From Octopus vulgaris (Eukaryota), in NCBI GenBank assembly GCA_951406725.2, contig OX597817.1, positions 4,030,001 through 4,094,000 on the forward strand: 64,000 bases of DNA, given 5' to 3'. Shown piece after piece: positions 52,874-64,000 of this stretch (within the stretch, counting starts at the first letter, position 1; each line of letters opens with the position of its first letter). The notes beneath the pieces are model-generated. The model made no database searches. It worked only from the letters and a program-made list of their open reading frames with translations, and was not told where the DNA came from. A program made the translations under genes and the position numbers.

Positions 52874-53382
52874 ATTCCATCGGTTACGACGACTGGGGTC
52901 CCAGTTGATCCGTCAATGGAACAGCCTGATCGTTAAATGGCTGAGCATTCCACAAACACACGTGTTCACTTAACGTAGTTTTTAGGGAGATTCAGTGTGA
53001 CACAGAATGTGACAAAGTTGGTCCTTTGAAATATACGTATTTTGCCAGCTAAGTGGACTGTCAAGACCAGTGAAAGCGCATGAGTCGGACTTACAATTAT
53101 GATGTATCGTGTTCGATTCCTGGACTGGGCTGTGTGTTGTGCTCTTAAGCAAAACACTTTATTTCACATTGTTCTAGTTCACTCAGCTGTAGAAATGAGT
53201 AGTTACATAACTGTTGTCAAGCTGTATTGGTCTTTGCCCCTCCCCTTAGATAACATCGGTTGGGAGAATGATATGTATGGGTGACTACTAGTTTCCCATG
53301 GACAACCTTGCTCTGATTTGTGCTTCGGAGGGGAACTTTTTAGGCGCAATCCCATTGTCATTTATGACCGAAGTGGGTCTTT
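52874..53382. mobile_element. Two adjacent degenerate SINE fragments (family C on -, 19555-like on +)
   Basis: Similarity to 45845-46163 and 19555-19850. Confidence 0.6.
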
Positions 53383-53469
53383 ACGCTATATGTATATATA
53401 CACTCCAAGACAAGAATGTTATTATTATTATTATTATTTTATTCTTATACAAATCTCAGTAATTGAAAT

Positions 53470-53559
53470 GTTTCTTTTGTTGATCAAATTCGCTCTAGTA
53501 TTTATTTTAAGTTCGTTTCTTTTGTTGATCAAATTCGCTCTAGTATTTATTTTAAGTTC
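53470..53559. repeat. Perfect 45 bp tandem duplication
   Basis: gtttcttttgttgatcaaattcgctctagtatttattttaagttc, two copies. Confidence 0.95.
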
Positions 53560-54330
53560 GATTCTTATTCCACCAAATATCTTTTCTGTTTGAACTTCTA
53601 AGTTACGGAAGCTTAAAGAAACCACTGTCGAGTCAAATTGTGTGAGACATAAAGAAACCCAAAAATGTACACTGATAAACATATAGCTATATTCATACAT
53701 TCAGGCATACATTTACATATGTCTATCTGTCTTCTATTCGTATTTATGCGTAACATAAGTATTTGAATTCATATATTTGTAAGTATATGCGTGTTTATGC
53801 TTGTACACATTCATGTAGGTGTGTATTTTTGTGTGCTTTCTATAATGTTGCTAACCACAAGCTACGCCCTTACGCCCTGCCACATTAAATGTGATGACAT
53901 CATCGATTCAACAAAGAGTTTCGTTAAGTTTAGTTCAAAACCACGATCGTGTATCCACATAGTCCCTGACTTTGTGCTGTTTGACATCTCATTAGTTGTG
54001 GTTCAGCAATCACAAGGTAAATTAATTTTGGCGAAAAACATTCTCTGCTTATTAATTTAAAAAAATAGAAAGACATTTCTATTGTGATCCAAACAGATTT
54101 TCAAAATATTTTTTCTCCAACACTCACTTAGACATTTCATCTTTCTACTATTTGTTACTTATCTCCACGTTCAACTGTTTATATTTCTTTTATTAAATTC
54201 TCCAACTTCATCTGCGTTTTTGGTCACAGTTTTATTTTATACCATAAAGACCGTCAACATTCAGCTAAAATAACCATTTACATGTGATCCAGTTTTCATC
54301 GTATGGCGTTAACATGGCGTTTATAATCTA

Positions 54331-54713
54331 CTAGCAGTATCGCCCGGCGTTGCTCAGGTTTGTAAGGGAAATAACTATAAAGCATTTTTAGAGAGTGATA
54401 GCCAAAAAATAGCAAAAAAATGGAAAAAAATGATGGTAAATTTTTTTTGAGATTTAAAAAAGGTGGAGTTGCGTCCCCTAGACAGTTTGTGGTTCGTGTT
54501 TCTATTTCTCGACCCCATGTCGAATTTATCGATTTTTTCAGAACTGGGGGAACTTTTCAAAATTTTCGCTGCGTTAGTTTTGAATTATGACATTGGGCTA
54601 TGTGTGTGTCAAGTTTCATCAGAATTGGTTGAAAGCCGTGTTCAGGGTGAGGGTACAAGCAAACAGACACACAGAAACACGCACAGACAAACTGCCGTTT
54701 ATATAGAGAGAGA
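54331..54713 (-). mobile_element. Non-autonomous Helitron, copy 2
   Basis: Near-identical to 6007-6389, with the same TC / hairpin-CTAG ends. Confidence 0.8.
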
Positions 54714-56799
54714 TGCTGACCATAAACAGTTTGTTTATGTTATGCAATCCAAACTGGAACAGCACTATCCCAGATAGCTAAGACAATATTTTTCCCACTT
54801 TACGTTAGTCAACCGTCTTATTTCTGACAAGGGAAATTCTATGGCCGACAGTTTTTCAAATATGGAAATATAAGTTTATACACTCCTTCAAGGCAATCTT
54901 CAACGTATCGCCACAAACTGAAGAATTCCAGTTGCTATAATATTATAATTCTTCTTGGGCCTTTGAGAAAGCTTTTTATCCTAAATTTTAACAAATATAT
55001 GTGATGTGACACTTTAGCTGGATTACTCTTCATTTCGCCTCTTCGATATTCTGCACAATCTATCTCATATAACACATAGAAAGTCACTAAGAAATTACTT
55101 AACTCTAGTTAAATAAGGTCTGGTATGAATCAATATGTAGTATGCAAAACTGCTTGAAATATCGACGTGCTAAAGTTACATGACGTGTGTAATCACCTCT
55201 TGCTAAGTTTAGACGCCAGAAATTAAGTTACATCACATATACATTGACTTGAATATGCCCTTTCATTCTTCTAAAAACAACAATTGCTTGCTGAGTGTTA
55301 ACCGCTATACACGATTGTGGAAGGCTATAACTTCCACAGATGTTTCAATGGAGGCTGTTTAACTAGACTTATTACAAGATAAGATCTCTCTTTGGTGTTC
55401 CTTCTAATATTACAAACAGTCTTAGTTTCAATTTATATCGGCCTTTTCTATGCAATGACCTAAGTACTTAGATATCTGCATTACACAGTACAGCCCATCT
55501 TCATCAGGTTAATGAGCAGTCGGAAGATTTCACCGACGACTGAAGACTGCACTCAGTGTAAAACTCAATCCTAACTGTTGGCGTGAACTGGTTACCGTTG
55601 TTCTACTTGGTATGCGTACCACAGTGAGGGCTGACTTAGGGTGGATTCCTGTAAAGTAGGTATATGACACTACATTTAGATTACCCGGACAGTAAGTCAC
55701 ACCTAATGTAGAAACTAAGCCACATGGTCTGATAATTACATCGACTGATTAAGACAAGCATCTCTCTACACCAACAATAAAATGTTTCGCTGGGACTGAA
55801 AGAAGTGGTAACATGCTCGCATGGTTTTTGTACACGCTGTATCATTGATGAAATCACTTCAACCATTATGCCAGGAGCGCATAAATTTTGTTCGTCGAAC
55901 TACTAAATATCCCGTTCAACAAATCTAAGGCCAGTGTCAGACTATCTTTTGTGACTGATAGATTCATTTCTAAAAAGAGATCTTGCTCTTGCGCTTTTTA
56001 CATTTGTTCGAGGGATGACTCAAAACAGACCAAATGCTCAGAGATTTTTCTTGTCTTGGCCCAATATCTTCTTCATTGACGCGCATTATTTTCAAAAGCA
56101 ATGAAAGAAACTTGCATTAGTATGTCCTTTTCTTGTTACCGACTCTTGAATTCTACGGATTTTTGTGGGGGTTAAGATCTTGGTATTTGCTCCAATGTCA
56201 CTCGTCACATGCTTCCTATTGCTCTGCCATATCAAAGCTGATGACTTCATCAATAACATTAAGTGTGTTGTTATTAGTAGTCGATGAAACCCATGATCGT
56301 GTATTCAGCTTGTTATTGTCAGATATGTTTTTATCAACATCTCATTTGATTTCACCAATCAATTGAAATTAGCTTTTGGCAGAAAACTTTCGAGCCGAAC
56401 AACGTTAAGTAAAGATTTTGTCACTTAGAGTATCACATATTTCCTAAATGAATCAATGTTTGACATTCTCGCAACAGCGTATTGCATTGTCCGTTTGTTT
56501 GTTTTGTTTTCTTTTAAATTTTTGACATGCATATTAATAAAACAAAATTCTCATTGATTCATACGGGTTTTCAACAAATTATTTCTTAGACACTCTTCTT
56601 TGAGGGAACAATTTCACCTACCATAACGATTTTTATTTACCTCTTTGAAATTTAATCCGCTTGGATTGATTATTTCTGTGTTCATTATCAGTTACATTTA
56701 AGTATTTATATTTCGTACGTTAGATTTAGTTATTTTTTCAATTTAACAACGCCCTAACAATCGTCGTATGCGTGTGTATGTGTGCGTATGTGAGTGTAT

Positions 56800-56843
<44 letters not shown>

Positions 56844-57169
56844 CTCCCTCTGTGTAACAAAATTAAACGCAATGTGTGCAGGAAAGGCAGGCTACTTAGT
56901 GGGAGGAGATATAGTATAAATGCACAACATAGATGAAAGGATTCGTAGCTATTGTTGTGTAGTATAATAGCTGCAGAAATATGATAGTGAGTGGATCTTT
57001 GCTAATTAACCAAATGGATACATTTTATGCATTTTAGGATGTTTCTGTTCTTCATCGTCCTTTCTCGCCCTTTCTTATTCTCAATAAACATATTCATGTG
57101 ACATCATATATATATGTATATATATCATTACACACACACGCACACATACACCCACACACATATATATAT

Positions 57170-57407
57170 TCTTTTATTCCTTTACTTGTTTCAGTCATTT
57201 GATTACAGCCATGCTGGTGCACCGCCTTTTATCGAGCAAATCGACGCCAGGACTTATTCTTTGTAAGCCTAGTACCTATTCTATCGGTCACTATTGCTGA
57301 ACCGCTAAGTTACGGGGACGTAAGACACCAGCATCAGTTTTCCAACGATGTTGCGGGGGACACAGACATAAAAGCATATATACATACATACATACATACA
57401 TACATAC

Positions 57408-57450
<43 letters not shown>

Positions 57451-57844
57451 GACTATACAGTATACTGTATTTCGAATAAGTGGTCTTGGTAGGAAAATGT
57501 CTAAAACCTTACAGGTATTTAGACATTTAATAAGAGTGATTATATATCATAAAGTAAGAGCAGGAAAGACTACATCAAAAAATTATCACAGAAGATATAC
57601 GTCCAAAATAATATTGTATTAATAGATAAATATATAAATATATAAAGTATGATTGCTTAAAAAGTTTGAAATAGCTTACGATCGTTTCATGAATATATTA
57701 CTTTTCGAAATGAACTCTAAAATTGCTAATCATCCACTCGTCAGAGAAAAATGGTGAATTGCCCAAGGTACCACGCAGTGGGCCTGAACCAGGAACCATG
57801 TAGTTGGTAAGGAAGCTACTTATGACACAGGCACTACTGCGCCT
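57170..57844 (-). mobile_element. SINE family A interrupted at its (TA)n by a PLE pLTR fragment (about 57445-57758)
   Basis: SINE 3' part at 57170-57410 and head at 57759-57844, with a hammerhead in between. Confidence 0.8.
57673..57748 (-). ncRNA. Type I hammerhead motif with intact core and eroded stem I
   Basis: Minus strand: CTGACGA, stem II gtggat...attcat, GAAA, palindromic ACGATCGT, GTA triad. Stem I is only 2 bp. Confidence 0.65.
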
Positions 57845-57847
57845 ATT

Positions 57848-57915
<68 letters not shown>

Positions 57916-57989
57916 TGTGTGCGTGTGTGTGTGTATATATATGGTTTTAAATACCATCGTTAAAGGCATTTTCATTACGATATCTAAAC

Positions 57990-59400
57990 CATCCGTCAAT
58001 GAAGATATCTTCGATAATCATGACCTTGTGATCAGGCCCTCCGCAATAGCGGTTTCCTTGAGGTGTCCTATATCCCCGACATTAAATTGAATATTAAACT
58101 TGTATTTATGACTTTCTTGTAGCGATACTGAGCATCCCCACAAAATCTACTTACTCCTACCTTTCGTCTTTCTTGATCCCTCTAGCAGTCATCTCCTGCT
58201 ACCGATAATTTATTCCTCAGACTTTGGGAATGAAATAAATTTCAATCACGCCTACTCCTGAAACCTATGAAGCAAAAGTCGTGAGATCTTGGGGTTTGCA
58301 CCACGTTTTCTCTTGAAGCTAAATCCATAACCCCTGAATTGTCTTCAAAATACTGAACTCTGATATATCATCCCAGCATAAGTACTACTCTATTTTAAAA
58401 TTTCGTATTCCACCATTAAAATTTCATATTCTACCAACCCTAATCTGGGATCTGTCATAGCCATCTCTAATAGGCTAAACTGGGTAACCTAGCTGTAAGC
58501 TTTGAGAATCCCCGATTGGGGTTTCCACCTTAAGCGTGTTAATGTATTGTAATTCCTAACAACCTCATCATTTAGCTTAGCAATCATCTGATACCTCAGA
58601 CGTCCTTTGAATTAGCATACTTAGCACCATTAACTACAGTGAAGCGAATACGAAACATTGTCACACTAGAGACGCATTAAACCCACACCTTTTTCTGCTG
58701 CATCCTACCACTGATATATTATCCCAAAGTACATCTACTGTAGATACTACTGTCGAGCTTCGACTTGTAAATTGTACTAGTGCGCGCAGCTTCACTGCCG
58801 GAATAAATACTACCCCCAACAGTTGATGTGGACTTGGCCGATCTACTTGGTATAATCATAAGCCTTACTTCCCCAAATATACAAATCCCTCTTACCTTAA
58901 TACTAGTGTCACTTACACCCTTGTTTCAACTTGTACGTTGATTGATTGTATGAGCCTCGGTGGAATATTTAGAGGGGCCCAATTTACTGGCCGAGTTTCC
59001 CAAAATTCTACCTGTTAGAATGTTTCTCTAATTTATAATACCGAGTGTCGCTCACTAGTTTCCTTAATCGATTCTGAGACGTAATCTTTGCTTGTTGACA
59101 AAAACTGTTCAGAAAATTTGTTCATTATGTAAAAATCAGGATTTTATTATCTTCTGAGCTAAACGTCTCTTTTACTCATCGTAACTTCAACTCTTACCTA
59201 CCACTCCCTTACCACAGCGCTTAATTTCACTTGTTACTTTGTCTCTCGACGCTTTACTGCTTCATCTCGTCTGTAAACCACAACGTTTCCCCTCCCCGGA
59301 TATTTTGATCAGCTAATAATTTTATGTTTTTTATATTTAATCTTTCTTAAGTAGTATCTTCCTCTCGTGTCTTCCATCAAATACCCCAACCTCTGCTTCC
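57990..59400 (-). mobile_element. Old CR1/L2-like LINE fossil
   Basis: Reverse-strand remnants such as GP..NIPPRLI, heavily decayed. Confidence 0.35.
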
Positions 59401-60005
59401 TCCCACCTCATCCACTTCACTCTGTTCTCTTTATATTCATAGAAACTGATATGAAATACGCACTTTCTTCCTTGTTCTTGAGAAGGGGCGCCTAACTAAC
59501 AATTCCAACGGAACTTTTCCCAGGACACACACATATGGTAGTTTTCAAACAGCTATCGAGATAAGACTCTACAAAATTCTTTTGTTTCCTTTTTTTTCTT
59601 TATTCCGTAATCTGCATTTTGTGAGCCATGCAAATATTCGTTATGTACGTTATTAGTATATATTGAAATAGAAACTAGTTATTACCAATGCTAATCTGGT
59701 CAAAGTACTTTACTTTCGACATTTGTTGGTATGATTGAAGAATGGAAGACGAATTGGTAACTACTGCAACAAAATTTAAAGGGTTAAAAATGATGTACGA
59801 TTAGGGTTCAAAATGTTTAAGAAAATTGTTTCAAAACAATTAGTGAATCAAGTTAATGTTACCTAAATATTAGAAGTAATGATAAGAAACTAAGTGATGT
59901 ATGGATGTTAAGAATAAAGTATTACGAAAAAGTTTTATAAAATAAAAAGAAGTTTGTGTACATGTATGCGTTTATGAGTTTAGTTAATGTTAGTTATATA
60001 ATAAA

Positions 60006-60402
60006 CTAGCAGTATCGCTCGACGTTGCTCGGGTTTGTAAGGGAAATAACTATATAAGCATTTTTAGAGATGTAAAGTATAATAGCCATCTCAATATGGC
60101 TAACCACAAAGGGAGGGGGTGTTACTGTAGCTTTTTACGTTCTGAGATTTAATAATAAATTTTTAGAGAGTTACTTCCCTTATATATGCCAAAAATGCAT
60201 TAAAAATGGGAAAAATTGATGGTAAATTTTTTTAAAATCGTAGACTCATCGTAGACGCGCGCTAATACCCAGAAGGGCTCGATATGAATCACGACTATAA
60301 GATACCCGGTATTGGTTAAACTGCACCCCAAAATGTGGGAGTAGTTAGGAATCTAAATCGTAGGAGACAGACAGCACACAACCTCACTTTTATATATAAA
60401 GA
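60006..60402 (-). mobile_element. Non-autonomous Helitron, chimeric subfamily
   Basis: Same CTAG/hairpin end as copies 1 and 2, but a different 5' part (TCTTTATATATAAA) and an extra internal block shared with 2487-2595. Confidence 0.75.
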
Positions 60403-61908
60403 TTTGTTGAGGTATAAGAATGTTGATTCTTAAAGTATAAGAATGTTGATAATAAAGGTTTTCTGAACTTGTTTCTTTTTCAGATAGAAGAAATTTTGCT
60501 TCAGTGTCTCACAAATGAAACAAATTTCTTGCGGATGCCATCATTTCTAGGAAATTTTAAATAATTATTGGAAAGTAAATAAGCAGTACATATCATAGAA
60601 ATACTCAGAGTACAAAAGTTTATGGATTTTTATTATACATATTAATCATTTCTACTATATTTAAGACACCTGAATTTTGGGGGCCAGGGGCTAGTCGATT
60701 ACATCGACCTCAGTGCTCAATTACTATCATTTCATCGACCCCTAAAGGATGAAAGGCAAAGTCGTCAGTGAGCTCAAAGTTTAAGCGAAAAGAAATCCAT
60801 GAAGATCAGATAGAAAGTAATGAAACTAAGTGTGTGTCAGATATGGGATAGTGCTGTAACTGTGGGTTACACCGATAATGGATTACTAAAATTAAATAAA
60901 TATATAAATCAATAAATACATTAAAGTCGTGAGTTTATTGTATCAGAAGACCTTATAAGGGGAAAGGAAAATTATTTGGACATAATAACTTCAATTAATT
61001 TAATTAAAGTATGTGAGTAATTGATAAAGCAATAATTGATTAGTTTGAGTTAACAAGGTATTTAATAGCAAGTTTGGAAATTGAAAAAGGAGAACATTAT
61101 TCTTGCTAAAGCTCATGAAGGATTTTAGAATAGCGTAAGTTTTAAATTAAAATATGAAACATAATTTGAACATTTATATTTGTAATATAGTACGTGTTAA
61201 GGAGGAAAAAACAGAAACGTAAAATAAGTGTATTTAACCTGAATTTACAAAAATCGTCGGAAAGAACAAGTTGAAAAAATTATATGCATAGGAAAAGGAC
61301 AAATATATGATATAGCAATCCATTGCTAGACGTATCTCTCTATTTCTCAATTTATTTGGATCAAAAGTTTGTAAACGTCGTCAGGTTAATTTAATTTCAT
61401 CAAAATCAGATGCTCTCACAGTGCTGATGCTACTTTTAGTAGCTGAATTGACAGGACAGTGTCAAATATGAAGATCTTACTCCAAGGACTCAGTGTCACT
61501 TAAGGACTGGGAATCGAAACCCTGCCACTATGGTCACTAAGCGCTCATGACCCTTTTCAAATATATAGTACTGATGAGGAATATAATAAATGTATTTTAG
61601 AACACTATGTAGGTTAGTGTTAGGTAATGTAAATTAATCTTATAAAAAATACCTATTATAAAAAGATGGTTACACAGAAGCTCATTCTGTAGCGTTTCCT
61701 CCTAATAGTGTTTTTACCTACAGTTGGAGTTCAGTCTGAAAACCAACTACATTAATCTCATTAATCTGGGACAACCTGTAAATGTTATAGACATTTAATC
61801 TTTTCAGCTTCTGAGACACAAATATATATGCAAATAAGTTGTTTTTTGTTCCATTCATGTCTTCAGGAATATGTGTCATATATCCCTTCAGGCGATATAT
61901 CCTTTCAA

Positions 61909-62137
61909 GGCGGCGAGCTGGTAGAAACGTTAGCACGCCGGGCGAAATTCGTAGCCGTATTTCGTCTGTCGTTACGTTCCGAGTTCAAATTCCGCCGAGG
62001 TCGACTTTGCCTTTCATCCTTTCGGGGTCGATAAATTAAGTACCAGTTACGCACTGGGGTCGATGTAGTCGACTTAATCCCTTTGTCTGTCCTTGTTTGT
62101 CCCCTCTGTGTTTAGCCCCTTGTGGGTAGTAAAGAAA
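61909..62137 (+). mobile_element. SINE family B (Nin-domain-like), full length with TSD
   Basis: ggcggcgagctggtagaa head, gagttcaaattcc B box, gactttgcctttcatcctttcggggtcgataaattaagtaccag domain. TSD atatatcccttcagg. Confidence 0.88.
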
Positions 62138-62184
62138 TATATATATCCCTTCAGGTTTATCTTCACAGTATCTTTTCTCTTTTG

Positions 62185-62515
62185 TCCTTTACTTATTTCA
62201 GTTATTAGATTGGGGCCATGCTGGGACACCACATTGAAAACTTTTTACCCGAATAAATCGACCCAAATATTTAATTCTTTCTTATGATCGGTACTTATTC
62301 TCTCGGTCTCTTTTGCCGAACCGCTAATTTACGGGAACGTAAACATACAAACACTTCTTGTCAAGTGATAGTGAAACAAACACAAACACACACACACACA
62401 CTTATATATATATAAACGACAGGCTTCTTCCAGTTTCCGTCTCCCAAATCCACTCAGGGTGTGAATCCAGTACCATGTTGTTAGGAAGCTTCTTTCTGCA
62501 CAGCCACTCCTGCGC
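62185..62515 (-). mobile_element. Degenerate SINE family A
   Basis: Matches family A with an internal deletion. Confidence 0.75.
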
Positions 62516-62654
62516 TTATCAAAGTGATAAGGTCTCACTGAAACTTGAACTAGGATCGCTGGATTCAAAGACCAGAGTGCTAACCATTACACCATGACAC
62601 ATGGATTAAAGAGTGAGAATTTTTTAACAAACATTGTTATTTACTCTCAAACAG

Positions 62655-62775
62655 CACGTGCTGTTTATTACGTCAGCCGCAAATACTCCGTCTTTTCAAA
62701 AGCCAGCATTGTGTGGAAGGACGCGTGCATGGACGAGTGAATGGAGATTTTGCAGCAGATACTTCTCGTCAGTAA
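62655..62775 (+). other. Candidate terminal exon D or conserved regulatory island
   Basis: Acceptor tttactctcaaacag|, CpG-rich non-repeat island, all three frames open for 28 or more codons. Also contains CACGTG and TTACGTCA motifs. Confidence 0.25.
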
Positions 62776-64000
62776 AGTGGTGTTTTCGTAGAGGAATTTT
62801 TAAAAATCGATAAATGGTTAAGGCTGTTGCCCACCTTCAGTCATGCCTGTCTAAAAATAGTATCATCTGACATGTTCACATCTTTCAGACATAATATACC
62901 TCATATATATTACCCAGTAATTCCTTCCTTTAAAAAAAAAATGTTCTTAGAGGAAGATTTTATGTTTATTTTTAGAGGACCAAGTCACAAGATAGAGCCC
63001 CTTTCTTTGCCACGGAATTGTTATTGGTGATGCTGCTACATTAAAATACAATTATTTTGTGAACTTCTGACTCTGTCCAATATCGTATGTAGAATCACTT
63101 TAGCTAAGGTGTCCTTTTTAACGAAATATTGCTTATAGAATAAAGTATAAATGGCTGCCTCTTCTATCATGTTTAGTGAACACATCGAGGCTCAACTTTA
63201 TACTTCTGTCGAGATTTATGCTTCCATAATTAGAGACACTAATTCAACAAACTGGGCACTGGAATGTTTCTTTCAAATCGTTTTCACATTTCTTATTGTT
63301 ATGTTGTCATTCAGTTACAAGGTTTAATTATGTGGTTATGATCGTTTTAAGAGAGATTGACTTTCTTGAAGGATAGGTAGAGATTAACTTAAGAATATCC
63401 AGTAACTATGAATAAGCTCCTGTTTTGGTTAAATTGGTTTTCGACGAAATGATTTTTGGCTTGAAACATTGTCATATAAATATACTTATCTGTGATAGGA
63501 AACTAACGCATTTGCAATGAACATTTTCCATAGATTACACGCAAAAGCGATCATTAAAGTTTTAAGTTTATTGCTACTAGACATTGTTAACATTGTTTGA
63601 GCACTTGTTCCATCACCATCGAGAAAAGGATATTTCTCTCGTCTCTTTACGTTCGCGGTTCAAATACCAACAGAATCAAGTTTGCCTTTCATCTTCTGTG
63701 GGTGGGTAAGGATTTATTTGGCCCGATGGTACCAACTAACTCCCTCCTCTTAAAATATCTGCCATTTTAACCAGATAACATACGTTTTCATTTTTCATGC
63801 TATATGTTATGTATTTTTTATCGCCGTTTATCCAAAGACATCATTTCTGCTGTAACCTTCACGTTTTATTTGCTTCTCGTGTAATATCTAATATATCTAC
63901 ATTACATTATTGCTTAAAATTCAAAACAATAATGTGTGATCTAAAGGATATGTGACTGGTATTTTTAGCATGTCATTGACACGAGTGGACTTCTTCATTG

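Noticed and set aside
61568-61615. CTGATGAG followed by a hairpin
   Set aside because: GAAA is replaced by GAAC and no stem I forms.
62665-62780. CTGACGAG...GAAA on the minus strand as a hammerhead
   Set aside because: No stem III or stem I closure.

Overview
AT-rich, microsatellite-dense animal genomic DNA. The SINE families and repeat content point to a cephalopod, probably Octopus (inference). The window is mostly intronic or intergenic and filled with mobile elements: an apparently intact DD37E (TRT-type) Tc1 transposon (42788-44387); fossils of Tc1, DD37D/maT, Chapaev3-like, HERO-like, R4/Dong-like, RTE and CR1-like elements; three non-autonomous Helitrons; hAT and mariner MITEs; many tRNA-derived SINEs; and several Penelope-like (PLE) fragments. 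The most notable signal is a recurring set of type I hammerhead ribozyme motifs (about 8, intact to decayed). They have a palindromic stem III and often a long stem II, and most lie beside (TA)n arrays. Several sit inside 170-400 bp foldback palindromes, which puts ribozyme copies on both strands. Also present: a probable 1.13 kb inversion recorded by a nearby templated copy, and four weak candidate exons of an unidentified + strand host gene. Almost all other ORFs in the track are microsatellite artefacts. All family names come from recalled motifs; no database search was run.
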